64,000 nt of DNA from assembly GCA_036378435.1 (NCBI GenBank), contig DASUWK010000070.1:2340-66339 (forward strand), read 5' to 3'. Below, one piece after another: positions 9,197 through 18,500 of the stretch. The position numbers and the translations under genes are program-made. The DNA is from Candidatus Dormiibacterota bacterium. GTDB taxonomy: Bacteria > Chloroflexota > Dormibacteria > Dormibacterales > Dormibacteraceae. The notes beneath the pieces were generated by a model, which was not told the origin of the DNA, did not search any database, and saw only the letters and a program-made list of their open reading frames with translations. Within the stretch, counting starts at the first letter, position 1. Each line of letters begins with the position of its first letter.

Positions 9197-10842
9197 CCAT
9201 CCGCCTGCTGCCGCCCGATGTGGCCAACGCGATCGCCGCCGGCGAGGTCGTCGAGCGCCCCGCCTCCGTCGTGAAGGAGCTGATCGAGAACGCACTCGAC
9301 GCCGGCGCCAGGCGGATCTCGGTCGACGTGCACGGAGCCGGCCGCACCCTGATCCGCGTGGCCGACGACGGCGCCGGGATGAGCGCGGGCGAGCTGCCCC
9401 TGGCCTTTCTCCGGCACGCCACCAGCAAGCTCGCGGCACGTGAGGACCTCGATGCGATCGGCACGCTCGGCTTCCGGGGCGAGGCGCTGGCCTCGATCGC
9501 GGCAGTCTCGGACGTCGAGTGCCGCTCAGGAGCGGCGCGCTTGCGGGTGCGGGGCGGCCAGGTCGTCGAAGAGGGACCCGCGGCGCCGGCGCCCGGAACC
9601 GTCGTCGAGGTCCGGGACCTGTTCGCGTCGACGCCGGCCAGGCTCAAGTTCATGAAGAGCGACGCCGTCGAGGGGGCGGCGTGCCTCCAGGTCGCGAGCT
9701 CGTATGCCCTGCTCTTTCCGGCCGTGCGCTTCACAGTGGCGATCGGCGAGCGCCGGTCGTTCTCGACTCCCGGCGATGGCGATGCGGCCGCGGCCGCGGC
9801 GGCCGTCCTCGGCGCCAGCGTGGGCCGGGAGCTCATCGGCGTCGCCGCCGACGGTGAGGTCGCGGTCAGCGGCCTCGTGTCGCAGCCGCGCGTTCATCGG
9901 AGCTCGCGCGAGGCGATCCTCCTGGCGGTCAACCACCGGCCGGTCAGCTCGCGGGCGCTGACCTTCGCTCTCGAGGAGTGCTACAGAGGGCGCCTCGAAC
10001 GCGGGCGGCATCCGATCGCGGTGCTCGACGTCGCCGTGCCGCTCGAGGACGTGGACGTGAACGTCCACCCGGCCAAGCGCGAGGTCAAGTTCAAGAGCGA
10101 GGGGGCGGTCTTCTCGGCGCTGCAGCGCGCAGTTCGCGCCGCCCTGCAGGAGACGAGGCCGTACGAGATCCGGCTGGATTCGCGTGACCCGGAGCCGTGG
10201 CCGCGGGCGCCGGCCGGGCATGACGCGCCCGCCCTGCTGCTAGATGCCGTGACGGCGGTCGAGGTCGCGTCGAGCGCGCCGCTGCGGCCGCTCGGGCAAG
10301 CAGGCGACGGCTACCTGGTGGCCGAGTCACCGGAGGGTGTGCTGCTGATCGATCAGCACGCGGCGCACGAACGCGTCCTCTACAACCGGTTTCTCGCGCG
10401 GCTTCGCGGCGCCCAGGGCCTGTCGCAGCCACTGCTGGTGCCGGCCGTCGTCGATCTCGAGCCGGCCCAGGTTGCCGTCATGCGGGAGCACGACGCCTCC
10501 CTGCGCTCGGCGGGCTTCGTGGTGGAGGAATTCGGCTCTCGCCAGGCCCGCGTCGAGGCGGCGCCTGCCGAGACTCCCGCGGGCCGAGCAGGCGAAGCCT
10601 TGAGCGCGACTCTGGCGGCGCTGGCCGAAGGCCGGGGCGACGGCGCGGTGGAGGCTGCTGCGGCCTCGCTGGCCTGCCACTCCGCGGTGCGTTTCGGGGA
10701 TCCGCTGGACCTGTCCGAGCAGCGCCGCCTGCTCCAGGAGCTGGAGGCGGCGCCGGAATCCGTGACCTGCCCGCACGGCCGTCCGACCAGGCTGCTGCTG
10801 GCCTGGCCGGACTTGAAGCGCCACTTCCGACGGAACTACTGA
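9193..10842 (+). CDS. mutL: DNA mismatch repair protein MutL
   Basis: 549 aa. GHKL ATPase N-terminus (IRLLPPDVANAIAAGEVVERPASVVKELIENALDAG). The start overlaps the mutS stop (GTGA). Confidence 0.95.
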   Translation: MTIRLLPPDVANAIAAGEVVERPASVVKELIENALDAGARRISVDVHGAGRTLIRVADDGAGMSAGELPLAFLRHATSKLAAREDLDAIGTLGFRGEALASIAAVSDVECRSGAARLRVRGGQVVEEGPAAPAPGTVVEVRDLFASTPARLKFMKSDAVEGAACLQVASSYALLFPAVRFTVAIGERRSFSTPGDGDAAAAAAAVLGASVGRELIGVAADGEVAVSGLVSQPRVHRSSREAILLAVNHRPVSSRALTFALEECYRGRLERGRHPIAVLDVAVPLEDVDVNVHPAKREVKFKSEGAVFSALQRAVRAALQETRPYEIRLDSRDPEPWPRAPAGHDAPALLLDAVTAVEVASSAPLRPLGQAGDGYLVAESPEGVLLIDQHAAHERVLYNRFLARLRGAQGLSQPLLVPAVVDLEPAQVAVMREHDASLRSAGFVVEEFGSRQARVEAAPAETPAGRAGEALSATLAALAEGRGDGAVEAAAASLACHSAVRFGDPLDLSEQRRLLQELEAAPESVTCPHGRPTRLLLAWPDLKRHFRRNY

Positions 10843-10843
10843 G

Positions 10844-11614
10844 CTACTGGAGCGCGAACACCACGGTGACGGAGACCGTCAGCTGCTGCTGACCCGGCTG
10901 CACGGGTTGGAACTGAGCCGAGCCGGCGCTGGCGGCCAGGGGCGCGCCGCCGTAGTAGATCGGCCTCGGCGCCGTTTCCGACTCGCTGATCGAGACGATG
11001 CCCCCCAACTTCATACCGGCGGCCTCCGCGTACTGCTGGGCCCTGGTCTTGGCGTCGTGAACGGCGGCCGCCCGAGCCGAGCCCATGAGACTGCCGGTGT
11101 CGCCGATCGAGAGGGAGATGCCGCCGAAGCTCACGTTGTTGCCTGCGGCCCTGACGGCGGCGTCGATCGTCGGGCCGATGTGAGAGATGCCGTGGATCAC
11201 CGCGGAGACCGAGCTCGAAGCATTGAACTGATCGGTCTGCTCGTTGCGGTAAAGGGAGACGTAGGCCGTCTGGACGTCCTTGTCGGCAACACCCGCCGAC
11301 TTGAGGGCGTCGATCAGCCTTTGCGCATCGGCGGCTTCGCCGGAGAGAGCCGCGGCCGCCGACTCGGCGTTGACGTTGACGGCGAACGACATCGTGCCCT
11401 GGTCCGGGACCCCGAAGACATCCCCGGTTCCGACCACCGTGACGGTCGGACCGCCGGCTGCCGCGGTGGTCTGCACTGGAGCGATGGTCAGTGGGGCAGC
11501 CACCCGATGGGTCACCAGCGTCGGGGAATTGGATCGTGCGTGCTCGGCGGCAATGCCGCCGCCCACCACGGTTGCCGCGGCGGCGGCGGTCAGGAGCGGT
11601 GTGGCCAGTTTCAT
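10844..11614 (-). CDS. SIMPL/DUF541-family secreted protein
   Basis: Start taken at ATG 11614 (MKLATPLLTAAAAATVVGG, a signal-like N-terminus). SIMPL-like core: TVTVVGTG...V.PDQGTMSFAV, YVSLY, and a C-terminal QPGQQQLTVSVTVVFAL. Confidence 0.7.
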   Translation of the reverse strand: MKLATPLLTAAAAATVVGGGIAAEHARSNSPTLVTHRVAAPLTIAPVQTTAAAGGPTVTVVGTGDVFGVPDQGTMSFAVNVNAESAAAALSGEAADAQRLIDALKSAGVADKDVQTAYVSLYRNEQTDQFNASSSVSAVIHGISHIGPTIDAAVRAAGNNVSFGGISLSIGDTGSLMGSARAAAVHDAKTRAQQYAEAAGMKLGGIVSISESETAPRPIYYGGAPLAASAGSAQFQPVQPGQQQLTVSVTVVFALQ

Positions 11615-11652
11615 GCCCGGACAGAACGCCCCCCACGCGACCGGGGTAACGC

Positions 11653-12546
11653 GTGAGGTCGGTCGTTGCGATCCTCGGGCCGACCGGAGTCGGGAAGACG
11701 CGCGTGGCGGCCGCCCTTGCTCGCAAGCTCGGCGGCGACGTGCTGGTCGCCGACTCGCGCCAGGTTTATCGAGATCTCGACATCGCGACGAACAAGCCAC
11801 TGCCCGAGGAGACACAGGGCGTCCCGTTCCACCTCATCGACCTCGTCGATCCGCGGGACTCGTTCAACGCGCATCTGTGGGTGCAGGCCGCGCTCCGCGT
11901 CATGGACGAGCTCGAGCCCAGGGGCGTCCTGCCCGTGATCGAAGGCGGCACGGCTCTCTGGGTCGACGCGCTGCTGGACGGCCTGAGTCTCGCCGAGGTG
12001 CCTCCGCGCCCCGACCGGCGCGCGGAGCTCGAGCAGCTTGACACCGACCAGCTGGCGCAGCTGGTGCGCGACCTGGACCCGGAAGCCGCCATCGACTTCC
12101 GCAACCGGCGCCGGCTCGTCCGCGCGGTGGAGACGCTCGAGGTCGCGGGCGCACCGCTGGCGGCAGCACGGAGGCGCAATCCGCCTCCCTGGCGCGTCGT
12201 GCGGGTCGGCCTCCGCCTGCCGCTGCCCAGGCTGGACGAGCTGCTCGCCGAGCGCTCGCACCGCCAGGTTGCGCGCGGCCTGGTCGCTGAGACTCGCGCT
12301 GCCCTCGAGCGCGGCGTGCCACCCGACGCCGCCGTGCTGACCGGCACGGGCTACGTCGAGGCGCTGGCCCACATTCGGGGCGAGCTGTCGGAGGCGGAGC
12401 TGCCGCAGGCCATGGCGGTCGCGAATCGGCAGCTCGCTCGCCGCCAGCTCCGCTGGCTGCGCCGCGATGAGCGCATCCGCTGGCTCGAAGCGGAGCCGGA
12501 TCCCATGCCGGCCATCCTGGAGCACGTTCGGGCACAGCTATCCTGA
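11653..12546 (+). CDS. miaA: tRNA dimethylallyltransferase MiaA
   Basis: 297 aa. P-loop ILGPTGVGKT followed by ADSRQVYRDLDIATNKP. Confidence 0.93.
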   Translation: MRSVVAILGPTGVGKTRVAAALARKLGGDVLVADSRQVYRDLDIATNKPLPEETQGVPFHLIDLVDPRDSFNAHLWVQAALRVMDELEPRGVLPVIEGGTALWVDALLDGLSLAEVPPRPDRRAELEQLDTDQLAQLVRDLDPEAAIDFRNRRRLVRAVETLEVAGAPLAAARRRNPPPWRVVRVGLRLPLPRLDELLAERSHRQVARGLVAETRAALERGVPPDAAVLTGTGYVEALAHIRGELSEAELPQAMAVANRQLARRQLRWLRRDERIRWLEAEPDPMPAILEHVRAQLS

Positions 12547-12554
12547 TTCCGGAC

Positions 12555-13736
12555 ATGAGCTCGAACACCAGGCCGCGGCTGGCCGCTGAGCGGATGGCCC
12601 GCATTCCGCCCTACCTCTTCGCGGAGATGGACCGCCGGGTGCAGGCGAAGAAGGCCGCCGGCGTCGACGTGATCTCGCTCGCCATCGGGGATCCGGACCT
12701 GCCGACTCCAGAGCGGATCGTGCGCCGGCTTCAAGAGGCCGCCGCGGACCCGGCCAACCACCAGTACCCGTCGTACTACGGGCTCAAGTCGCTGCGCGAG
12801 GCGATCGCCGGCTGGTATCGCGAGCGCTTCGCGGTCGACCTCGACCCCGAGACCGAGGTGCTGCCCGTGCTGGGTTCCAAGGACGGGATCAGCCATGCTC
12901 CGCTCGCGCTTCTCGGCCCTGGCGACGTGGCCCTCGCCCCCAGCCCCGGCTACACGGTCTACGTGACGAGCGCGATCATGGCCGACGCCGACCCCGTCCT
13001 CCTGCCGCTCACGGCCGAGCGAGGCTGGCTGCCCGATTTTGACGCGATCGCCAAGGCCGACCTGGACCGCGCGCGCATCATGTGGCTGAACTACCCGAAC
13101 AATCCCACCGCCGCGGTTGCGTCAAAGGAGTTCTTCGAGACCGCGGTGAAGGTGGCCAGAGAGCACGACATCGTGCTGCTTCATGACGCGCCGTACTCGG
13201 AGATCTACTTCGGCACCGAAGGCCCGCCCAGCCTGCTCTCGATACCGGGCGGGAAGGACGTCGGAGTCGAGTTCCACTCGCTGTCGAAGACGTACAACAT
13301 GACGGGCTGGCGCCTCGGCTGGCTGTGCGGTCGCGCCGACGTCATCGAGGTCGTTGCGCAGCTGAAGACGAACATGGACTCGGGAATCTTCCAGGCGATC
13401 CAGATCGCGGGCATCGAGGCTCTGACCGGCGGTGAGGCCGAAACCCGCGCCGCCTGCGAGGTCTACGCGCGCAGGCACCGCAAGGTCGCCGACGCTCTGA
13501 ACGCTGCCGGGTGGGACGTCTCGCCGCCCGAGGCGACCTTCTATGTCTGGGCGCCGGTGCCGCCAGGTATGGACTCCATCGGCTTCGCGAACCTGGTGCT
13601 CGACCAGGTTGGGGTGGTGATCACGCCCGGGGTCGGTTTCGGGCCGCATGGAGAGGGCTGGTTCCGGCTGTCGGTCACCGCTCCTGAGTCGCGCCTCGAC
13701 GAGGCGCTGGAGAGACTGAGTCGCCTAAGCGTCTAG
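12555..13736 (+). CDS. Class-I PLP aminotransferase, LL-diaminopimelate aminotransferase (DapL)-like
   Basis: 393 aa. N-terminus IPPYLFAEMDRRV...ISLAIGDPDLPTP. SLSKTYNMTGWRLG carries the PLP lysine. Substrate is assigned by family resemblance only. Confidence 0.7.
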   Translation: MSSNTRPRLAAERMARIPPYLFAEMDRRVQAKKAAGVDVISLAIGDPDLPTPERIVRRLQEAAADPANHQYPSYYGLKSLREAIAGWYRERFAVDLDPETEVLPVLGSKDGISHAPLALLGPGDVALAPSPGYTVYVTSAIMADADPVLLPLTAERGWLPDFDAIAKADLDRARIMWLNYPNNPTAAVASKEFFETAVKVAREHDIVLLHDAPYSEIYFGTEGPPSLLSIPGGKDVGVEFHSLSKTYNMTGWRLGWLCGRADVIEVVAQLKTNMDSGIFQAIQIAGIEALTGGEAETRAACEVYARRHRKVADALNAAGWDVSPPEATFYVWAPVPPGMDSIGFANLVLDQVGVVITPGVGFGPHGEGWFRLSVTAPESRLDEALERLSRLSV

Positions 13737-15025
13737 TGACGTCCGCTCCGCCCCAGGAGCGCGCCTTCCTGGTCGGAGTCCAGCTGCCTGGCACCAGCAC
13801 GCTCGAGCTCGACGAGCAGATGCGCGAGCTCGCCGAGCTCTGCCGGACGGACGGCGCCGAGGTGGTCGGCAGCGACGTCCAGCGCCGGGAGGAGGTCGAG
13901 CCGGCGCTGTTCATCGGCCGGGGCAAGGTCGAGGAGCTGCGCGGCCGCCGCCAGAACCAGGAATTCGAAACGCTCGTGTGCAACGAGGACCTGAGCCCAC
14001 GACAGCAGCGGAACCTCGAGAAGGAGCTCGACGTCAAAGTCGTCGACCGGGCTGAGGTGATCCTCGACATCTTCGCCCAGCACGCCCGCAGCCGCGAGGG
14101 GCGGCTCCAGGTCGAGGCCGCGCAGCTCCACCACTGGCTCCCGCGGCTGATCGGTGCATACGACTATCACCGGCAGGTCGGTGGCATCGGAACCCGCGGC
14201 GGCCCGGGCGAGCAGCAGATCGAGATCGAGCGGCGCCGCGTGCGCAAGCGCCTGCGCGACCTGGAGACCGAGATCGAGGACGTGCGCGCCCAGCGCGACA
14301 TGCAGCGCGCCGGCCGCCGCCGTTCGGAGCACGCCACGGTCGCGATCGTCGGTTACACGAACGCGGGCAAGTCGACGCTTCTGAACGCGCTCACCGGTGC
14401 GGGTGTCCGCGCTGAGAACCAGGTCTTCGCGACGCTCGATCCGACGACGCGGCGCACGCGCCTGCCGAGCGGCGTGGAGATCATGCTGACCGACACCGTC
14501 GGATTCATCCAGAAACTGCCGACCGACCTCGTTGCCGCGTTCCGCGCCACGCTGGAGGAGGTCACTTACGCCGATGTCGTGCTCGAGGTTCTCGATGCGT
14601 CGTCGCCGGCTCTGCCGCGACACCGCGAGACGGTCGACCAGGTGCTGACCGAGCTGGGCGCTGCCGCCAAGCCGCGGGTGATCGCGCTCAACAAGTCCGA
14701 CCTCGTGGGGCCGGCGACACGCCGGCGGGCTCTTGCCGAGCTCTCAGAGCTCGGCTTCCGGCAGGCGGCCGCGGTCTCGGCGCTCGGGCGCGCCGGGCTG
14801 GAGGACCTGGTCCGGTGCATCGAGGCGGTGGTGCGGCGGGAGATGGTCGAGCTCGAGCTGCTCGTGCCTTACGGACGCGAAGAGGTGCTCGCCGAGCTGC
14901 GCGAGGTCGGTGGGATCGACCGGCTCGAGTACGAGCAGGCGGGCAACCACGTGTGGGGAAGAGCGCCGGAGCGGGTGCTGCAGCGGTTCGACGCCTACCG
15001 CAGCCCGACCGCGACTACTTCATGA
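13736..15025 (+). CDS. hflX: GTPase HflX
   Basis: 429 aa. HflX N-domain (LCNEDLSPRQQRNLEKELDVKVVDRAEVILDIFAQHA), G1 motif GYTNAGKSTLLNAL and DTVGFI. Confidence 0.93.
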   Translation: MTSAPPQERAFLVGVQLPGTSTLELDEQMRELAELCRTDGAEVVGSDVQRREEVEPALFIGRGKVEELRGRRQNQEFETLVCNEDLSPRQQRNLEKELDVKVVDRAEVILDIFAQHARSREGRLQVEAAQLHHWLPRLIGAYDYHRQVGGIGTRGGPGEQQIEIERRRVRKRLRDLETEIEDVRAQRDMQRAGRRRSEHATVAIVGYTNAGKSTLLNALTGAGVRAENQVFATLDPTTRRTRLPSGVEIMLTDTVGFIQKLPTDLVAAFRATLEEVTYADVVLEVLDASSPALPRHRETVDQVLTELGAAAKPRVIALNKSDLVGPATRRRALAELSELGFRQAAAVSALGRAGLEDLVRCIEAVVRREMVELELLVPYGREEVLAELREVGGIDRLEYEQAGNHVWGRAPERVLQRFDAYRSPTATTS

Positions 15026-15632
15026 AGCGCATCACGCCCCGAACCACGCCGACCAGGCTGGCCTGCTCGGTCGTGATCGGTTCGTAAGCGGGGTTCTCAG
15101 CCTCCAGCACGATGGTGCCGTCGCGGCGGCGCAGGCGCTTGCACGTCGCCTCGTCCTCGAGCAGCGCCACGACGATCGTCCCGTCCGGCGCGGTCTGCTG
15201 GGGCTTCACCAGCACCAGGTCGCCGTCGAGGATGCCGGCGTTGATCATCGAGTCTCCGCGCACCTTGAGCAGGAACCAGCCCTCCTGGACGATGTCGTTG
15301 GAGAGGACGATCGTGTCCTCCACGTTCTGCTCGGCGAGGATCGGCTGACCGGCCGCGACGTTGCCGACGACCGGGACGGCGACGGAGCTGCGCCGCTTCG
15401 ACTCGATCTCCGAGCCTTCGACCAGCTGGACCGTGCGCGACTTGCTGGGGTCGCGCTTGATCAGCCCGCGTCGCTCGAGCTGGTTCAGGTGGTTGTGGAC
15501 GGTCGAGCTGGAGCTGAGACCGACTGCCTCGCCGATCTCGCGCACGCTCGGCGGGTAGTTGCGGACCTTGGTCACATGCCGGATGTAGTCAAGGATCTTG
15601 GCTTGGCGATCGCTGAGCTCTAGTTCGTTCAA
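15015..15632 (-). CDS. lexA: LexA repressor
   Basis: 205 aa with a TTG start. Winged-helix N-terminus (LSDRQAKILDYIRHVTKVRNYPPSVREIGEAVGL) and an S24 peptidase C-domain (VRGDSMINAGI). Its 3' end overlaps hflX by 11 nt, convergently. Confidence 0.95.
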   Translation of the reverse strand: MNELELSDRQAKILDYIRHVTKVRNYPPSVREIGEAVGLSSSSTVHNHLNQLERRGLIKRDPSKSRTVQLVEGSEIESKRRSSVAVPVVGNVAAGQPILAEQNVEDTIVLSNDIVQEGWFLLKVRGDSMINAGILDGDLVLVKPQQTAPDGTIVVALLEDEATCKRLRRRDGTIVLEAENPAYEPITTEQASLVGVVRGVMRFMK

Positions 15633-15678
15633 TGCTGCCTCCGAAAATTCGTTTGACGGGCGCGGCCATCCTAGCAGG

Positions 15679-15690
15679 AAACGCGCGTTC
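15679..15690 (-). promoter_or_regulatory. LexA box in the lexA promoter (autoregulation)
   Basis: The minus strand reads GAAC-GCGC-GTTT. It lies in the 17-nt spacer between TTGCGG and TAGGAT, upstream of the lexA TTG start. Confidence 0.6.
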
Positions 15691-15716
15691 CCGCAAACCT
15701 ATGTTCGCTCAGGGTC

Positions 15717-15746
15717 TTGACAGGGCGAACGGGCGTTCGTCATAAT
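15717..15746 (+). promoter_or_regulatory. Promoter plus LexA box of the YneA-like gene
   Basis: TTGACA at 15717-15722, an 18-nt spacer, CATAAT at 15741-15746. The spacer holds CGAACGGGCGTTCG (15726-15739), which fits GAAC-N4-GTTC. Confidence 0.7.
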
Positions 15747-15759
15747 CCCCCTCGAACAC

Positions 15760-16077
15760 ATGTACGCAGCATCTCCGTACTGGCGCTTCGAGGCCGAGCG
15801 GCCGGCCCGCAAGTCGGTCGTCCGGCTGCGCAAGGCTGCGATCGCAGTGGGGATGACGATCCTGATCGCCTTCGCCCTCGCCAGGACCGCGGTGGGGGAG
15901 GGCCCCACGGGACTCGTCAGCTATCGGGTCCAGCCGGGCGACACCCTGTGGTCCATCGCGGCCGCGCGCTACCCGGACTCCGATGTGCGGCAGAAGGTGG
16001 GGGACATCGAACGCGACAACGGGCTCAGCAGTCCGATGATCGTGCCCGGCGAGGTGCTCCGGCTCCCAGCCGGCTAG
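15760..16077 (+). CDS. Small TM + LysM protein, YneA/ChiZ-like candidate SOS cell-division inhibitor
   Basis: 105 aa. One TM helix (AAIAVGMTILIAFALA) and a C-terminal LysM domain (YRVQPGDTLWSIAAARY...GEVLRLP). Divergent from lexA and behind a Cheo box, the same layout as B. subtilis lexA/yneA. Confidence 0.6.
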   Translation: MYAASPYWRFEAERPARKSVVRLRKAAIAVGMTILIAFALARTAVGEGPTGLVSYRVQPGDTLWSIAAARYPDSDVRQKVGDIERDNGLSSPMIVPGEVLRLPAG

Positions 16078-16092
16078 CTAGCGCGTCAGGGC

Positions 16093-17025
16093 CTAGATGT
16101 GCCCGGTCGCGATGAGGATCAGAAGCGCGGGTCCGACGAGGATGATCCAGATGGTGGGGAAGATGCACCCGATCATTGGGAACAGCATCAGCAGCCCGGC
16201 CCGCCCACCTCTTTCCTGGGCGCGCTGACGGCGGACGGCGCGCAGCGCCTCCGAGTACGTGCGCAGCATCTTGGCGATGGGAACGCCCATCTGCTCGCTC
16301 TGCGCCAGCGCCGTGACCAGCTGGTTCACATCGTCGAGACCTGTGCGGCGTGCCATGCCGTAGAGCGCGTCCTGCCGCGTGTTGCCGAGGTGGATCTCGG
16401 TCACGACGCGCTCGAACTCGTCGCCGAGGGGGTTCTTGCCTTTCAGCTTGCCGCCGACCTGCTGGATGGCGCCGTCCAGGCTGAGCCCGGCCTCGACGGA
16501 GATCACCATCAGGTCGAGCGCGTCCGGCAGCGCTTTCTGGATGGCGTTGCGGCGTGAGTTGGCCAGCGTGCGCAGCGCGATGCTGGGCGCGAGGAACGCG
16601 AGATAGGTCGCCACGGCGACCACGGCGACCGCGATCAGGGGGTTGAAGCGGGGGAAGGCGATGGCGGCGCCGAGCACGAGCCCGAGGACGGCGGCCGCGT
16701 AGCGGATGAGGGTGAGGTCGGTGGCAGACAGGTTGGCCGGCCGTCCAGCCTGGTCGAGCTGCTGCTCGATCGCCTGCCGCTGGCCCTCTGGCGTGCGGCG
16801 GCTGAGGAAGGCCCGGGCTCGGCGTAGGAAAGGGGCGATGATCCGCTCGTCGAACGGCGTCTGGAGCTCGATGTCCTCCGCGCGCACGGTGGAGCCGAAG
16901 CTGCGCATCCAGAGCTCGGCCGGGTTGGCGGCCGGCGCCCGGTGCCTGCGGGCAAGGTCGACGCTCACGGCAGCCAGGACGACCCCAGCGCAGCCGACCA
17001 GGCCGAGCGCGACTGCCCCGCCCAT
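16093..17025 (-). CDS. Type II secretion system F-family protein (TadB/TadC-like pilus platform)
   Basis: 310 aa. N-terminal TM helix, a central cytoplasmic T2SSF domain (LPDALDLMVISVEAGLSLDGAIQQV) and C-terminal TM helices. Confidence 0.8.
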   Translation of the reverse strand: MGGAVALGLVGCAGVVLAAVSVDLARRHRAPAANPAELWMRSFGSTVRAEDIELQTPFDERIIAPFLRRARAFLSRRTPEGQRQAIEQQLDQAGRPANLSATDLTLIRYAAAVLGLVLGAAIAFPRFNPLIAVAVVAVATYLAFLAPSIALRTLANSRRNAIQKALPDALDLMVISVEAGLSLDGAIQQVGGKLKGKNPLGDEFERVVTEIHLGNTRQDALYGMARRTGLDDVNQLVTALAQSEQMGVPIAKMLRTYSEALRAVRRQRAQERGGRAGLLMLFPMIGCIFPTIWIILVGPALLILIATGHI

Positions 17026-17032
17026 CAGCGCG

Positions 17033-17893
17033 CTACGGGCTTAGGAGGCCGGGCCAGCGCTTCTGGACGTCGGACCCGGTGACCCCGTTGGCGGAAGTGA
17101 CAGCCGGGCAGGCCGCGGCCGGCGCGGCCGGCGCGGGCTTGTAGTCCTTGTAGCTCTCGAGCGTGTACTTCAACGAGGCGTAAGTGAGGAACCAGTTCAG
17201 GTACTCGGCGTCGCACTGGCTCACGACCACGGTCAGCGAGCTGCTGACGCCCGCTGCGTGCGCCGTGCCCACCGTTCCGCTGACGGAGCCGGTGGCATCA
17301 GCGACGGCGGGGCCGACGCGGATGACGTGGAGGTTGGTGAACACGGTTCGCGCCTCGGGATAGCGCGATCCCTGCGGCGTCACGGTGGCGATCACCGAGA
17401 TGTAGTCGCCAGGCTGGATGTAGCCGGCCACCGCCTGCTGCTCGCCGCTGGGGATCGTCACGGCCACCCAGCCGGCCGGAATTGGCAGGTACGAGGTGGC
17501 CGACCCGACGATCGTGGTCGCCGAGGACGACACCAGGTTGCTCAGGATCGGCTGGCCGGCGCTGAAGTCGACCGCCGCGATCTTGCCCACCACCGCGGAC
17601 GTCGCCGTATAGGCGCCGGGCGGCAGGTTGGCGGAGCTGTACGGCACGAGCTGAAGGTCAGCGGCACTGATCTCTGTGCGCAGCTGAATGTCATGTGCCG
17701 CGACCACGATGGCCGTCGTCCCGCCGGCCGATGAGCGGCCGCTGGCGATGATCACGCCCGCGAACGCAACGATCGCGACGATCACGCCGACCACCGTATA
17801 GGTCCAGGGTCCAAGGACCGCCGAACCCGTCCGGGGCGCTGACACAGCAGGCCGCGGAGTCCCTCCCACGCTTTCGGCGGGCATTGTAGACAT
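17033..17893 (-). CDS. cpaB: Flp pilus assembly protein CpaB (SAF/RcpC type)
   Basis: TM helix (YTVVGVIVAIVAFAGVII) followed by a SAF-like region (VVAAHDIQLRTEISAADLQLVPY...LPPGAY). ATG 17893 was chosen because the longer start at 17941 would collide with the divergent tadE start in a CCATGG palindrome. Confidence 0.75.
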   Translation of the reverse strand: MSTMPAESVGGTPRPAVSAPRTGSAVLGPWTYTVVGVIVAIVAFAGVIIASGRSSAGGTTAIVVAAHDIQLRTEISAADLQLVPYSSANLPPGAYTATSAVVGKIAAVDFSAGQPILSNLVSSSATTIVGSATSYLPIPAGWVAVTIPSGEQQAVAGYIQPGDYISVIATVTPQGSRYPEARTVFTNLHVIRVGPAVADATGSVSGTVGTAHAAGVSSSLTVVVSQCDAEYLNWFLTYASLKYTLESYKDYKPAPAAPAAACPAVTSANGVTGSDVQKRWPGLLSP

Positions 17894-17939
17894 AAACGCG
17901 CCGGTTGTAGCTTCTTTGCGCGTTATCCTCTGCGGCGCC

Positions 17940-18500
17940 ATGGGAGGGAGTGGCCCGCGGGGGGCTTCGTCTGGCCAGTCGACGGTGGAATTCGCGCTGT
18001 CCGCCGGCGTGCTCGTGCTGCTTTTGCTGGGCCTGCTGGACTTCGGTCGCGCGTTCTATTTCGGCGTCAGGCTGCAGGATGCCGCGCGCGAGGGCGCGCG
18101 CGTGGGCGTGCGTTACGACCCTCAATCGGGCACGCATCCGGGACTCAACGACACCGCCATCGCGGCGGCTGTCAACAATGTGCTGACCAACAGCGGGATG
18201 TCGGCGGCGACGGACGAAGACCAGGCTCCCGGCGGCGCCACGTGCCCCGCCACCAGCAATGGCAACACCCTCTACCAGCCGGGCTACAAGGACACCGCGT
18301 ACCCGACGAGCACCGGTCAGACGTACCTCTACATCTGCTACGAGAACACACCCGGCCTGGATCCCCCGTCCGGGACCCCTTTGACCAAGCTCAACGTGAT
18401 CGTGCTCTATCGATTCGGTCTGCTCACCGGCTTCCTGCAGAACACGCTCGGGCCGTCGGGGATCGAGATCTACGGCGAGTACCAGGCCTTGGTCCAGTGA
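17940..18500 (+). CDS. TadE-like pseudopilin/pilus assembly protein
   Basis: N-terminus reads GQSTVEFALSAGVLVLLLLGLLDFGRAFY, the TadE-type prepilin-like motif. Confidence 0.75.
   Translation: MGGSGPRGASSGQSTVEFALSAGVLVLLLLGLLDFGRAFYFGVRLQDAAREGARVGVRYDPQSGTHPGLNDTAIAAAVNNVLTNSGMSAATDEDQAPGGATCPATSNGNTLYQPGYKDTAYPTSTGQTYLYICYENTPGLDPPSGTPLTKLNVIVLYRFGLLTGFLQNTLGPSGIEIYGEYQALVQ

Noticed and set aside
6608-9439. 943-aa ORF antisense to mutS. Similar long alternate-frame or antisense ORFs include 8649-9836, 42130-43686, 59216-60730, 59647-61299, 36863-38236 and 25259-26500.
   Set aside because: Their translations are dominated by Arg/Gly/Pro/Ala/Asp runs with no recognisable motifs. They overlap strongly supported genes (mutS, mutL, the GDE-like gene, GT-C, E2, the acyl-CoA dehydrogenase). 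Such open frames are expected in very GC-rich DNA because stop codons are rare.
17894-17941. The longer cpaB start at 17941.
   Set aside because: It shares a CCATGG palindrome with the divergent tadE ATG (17940), which leaves no promoter space. The added residues precede the TM anchor without any conserved features. The call is still uncertain.
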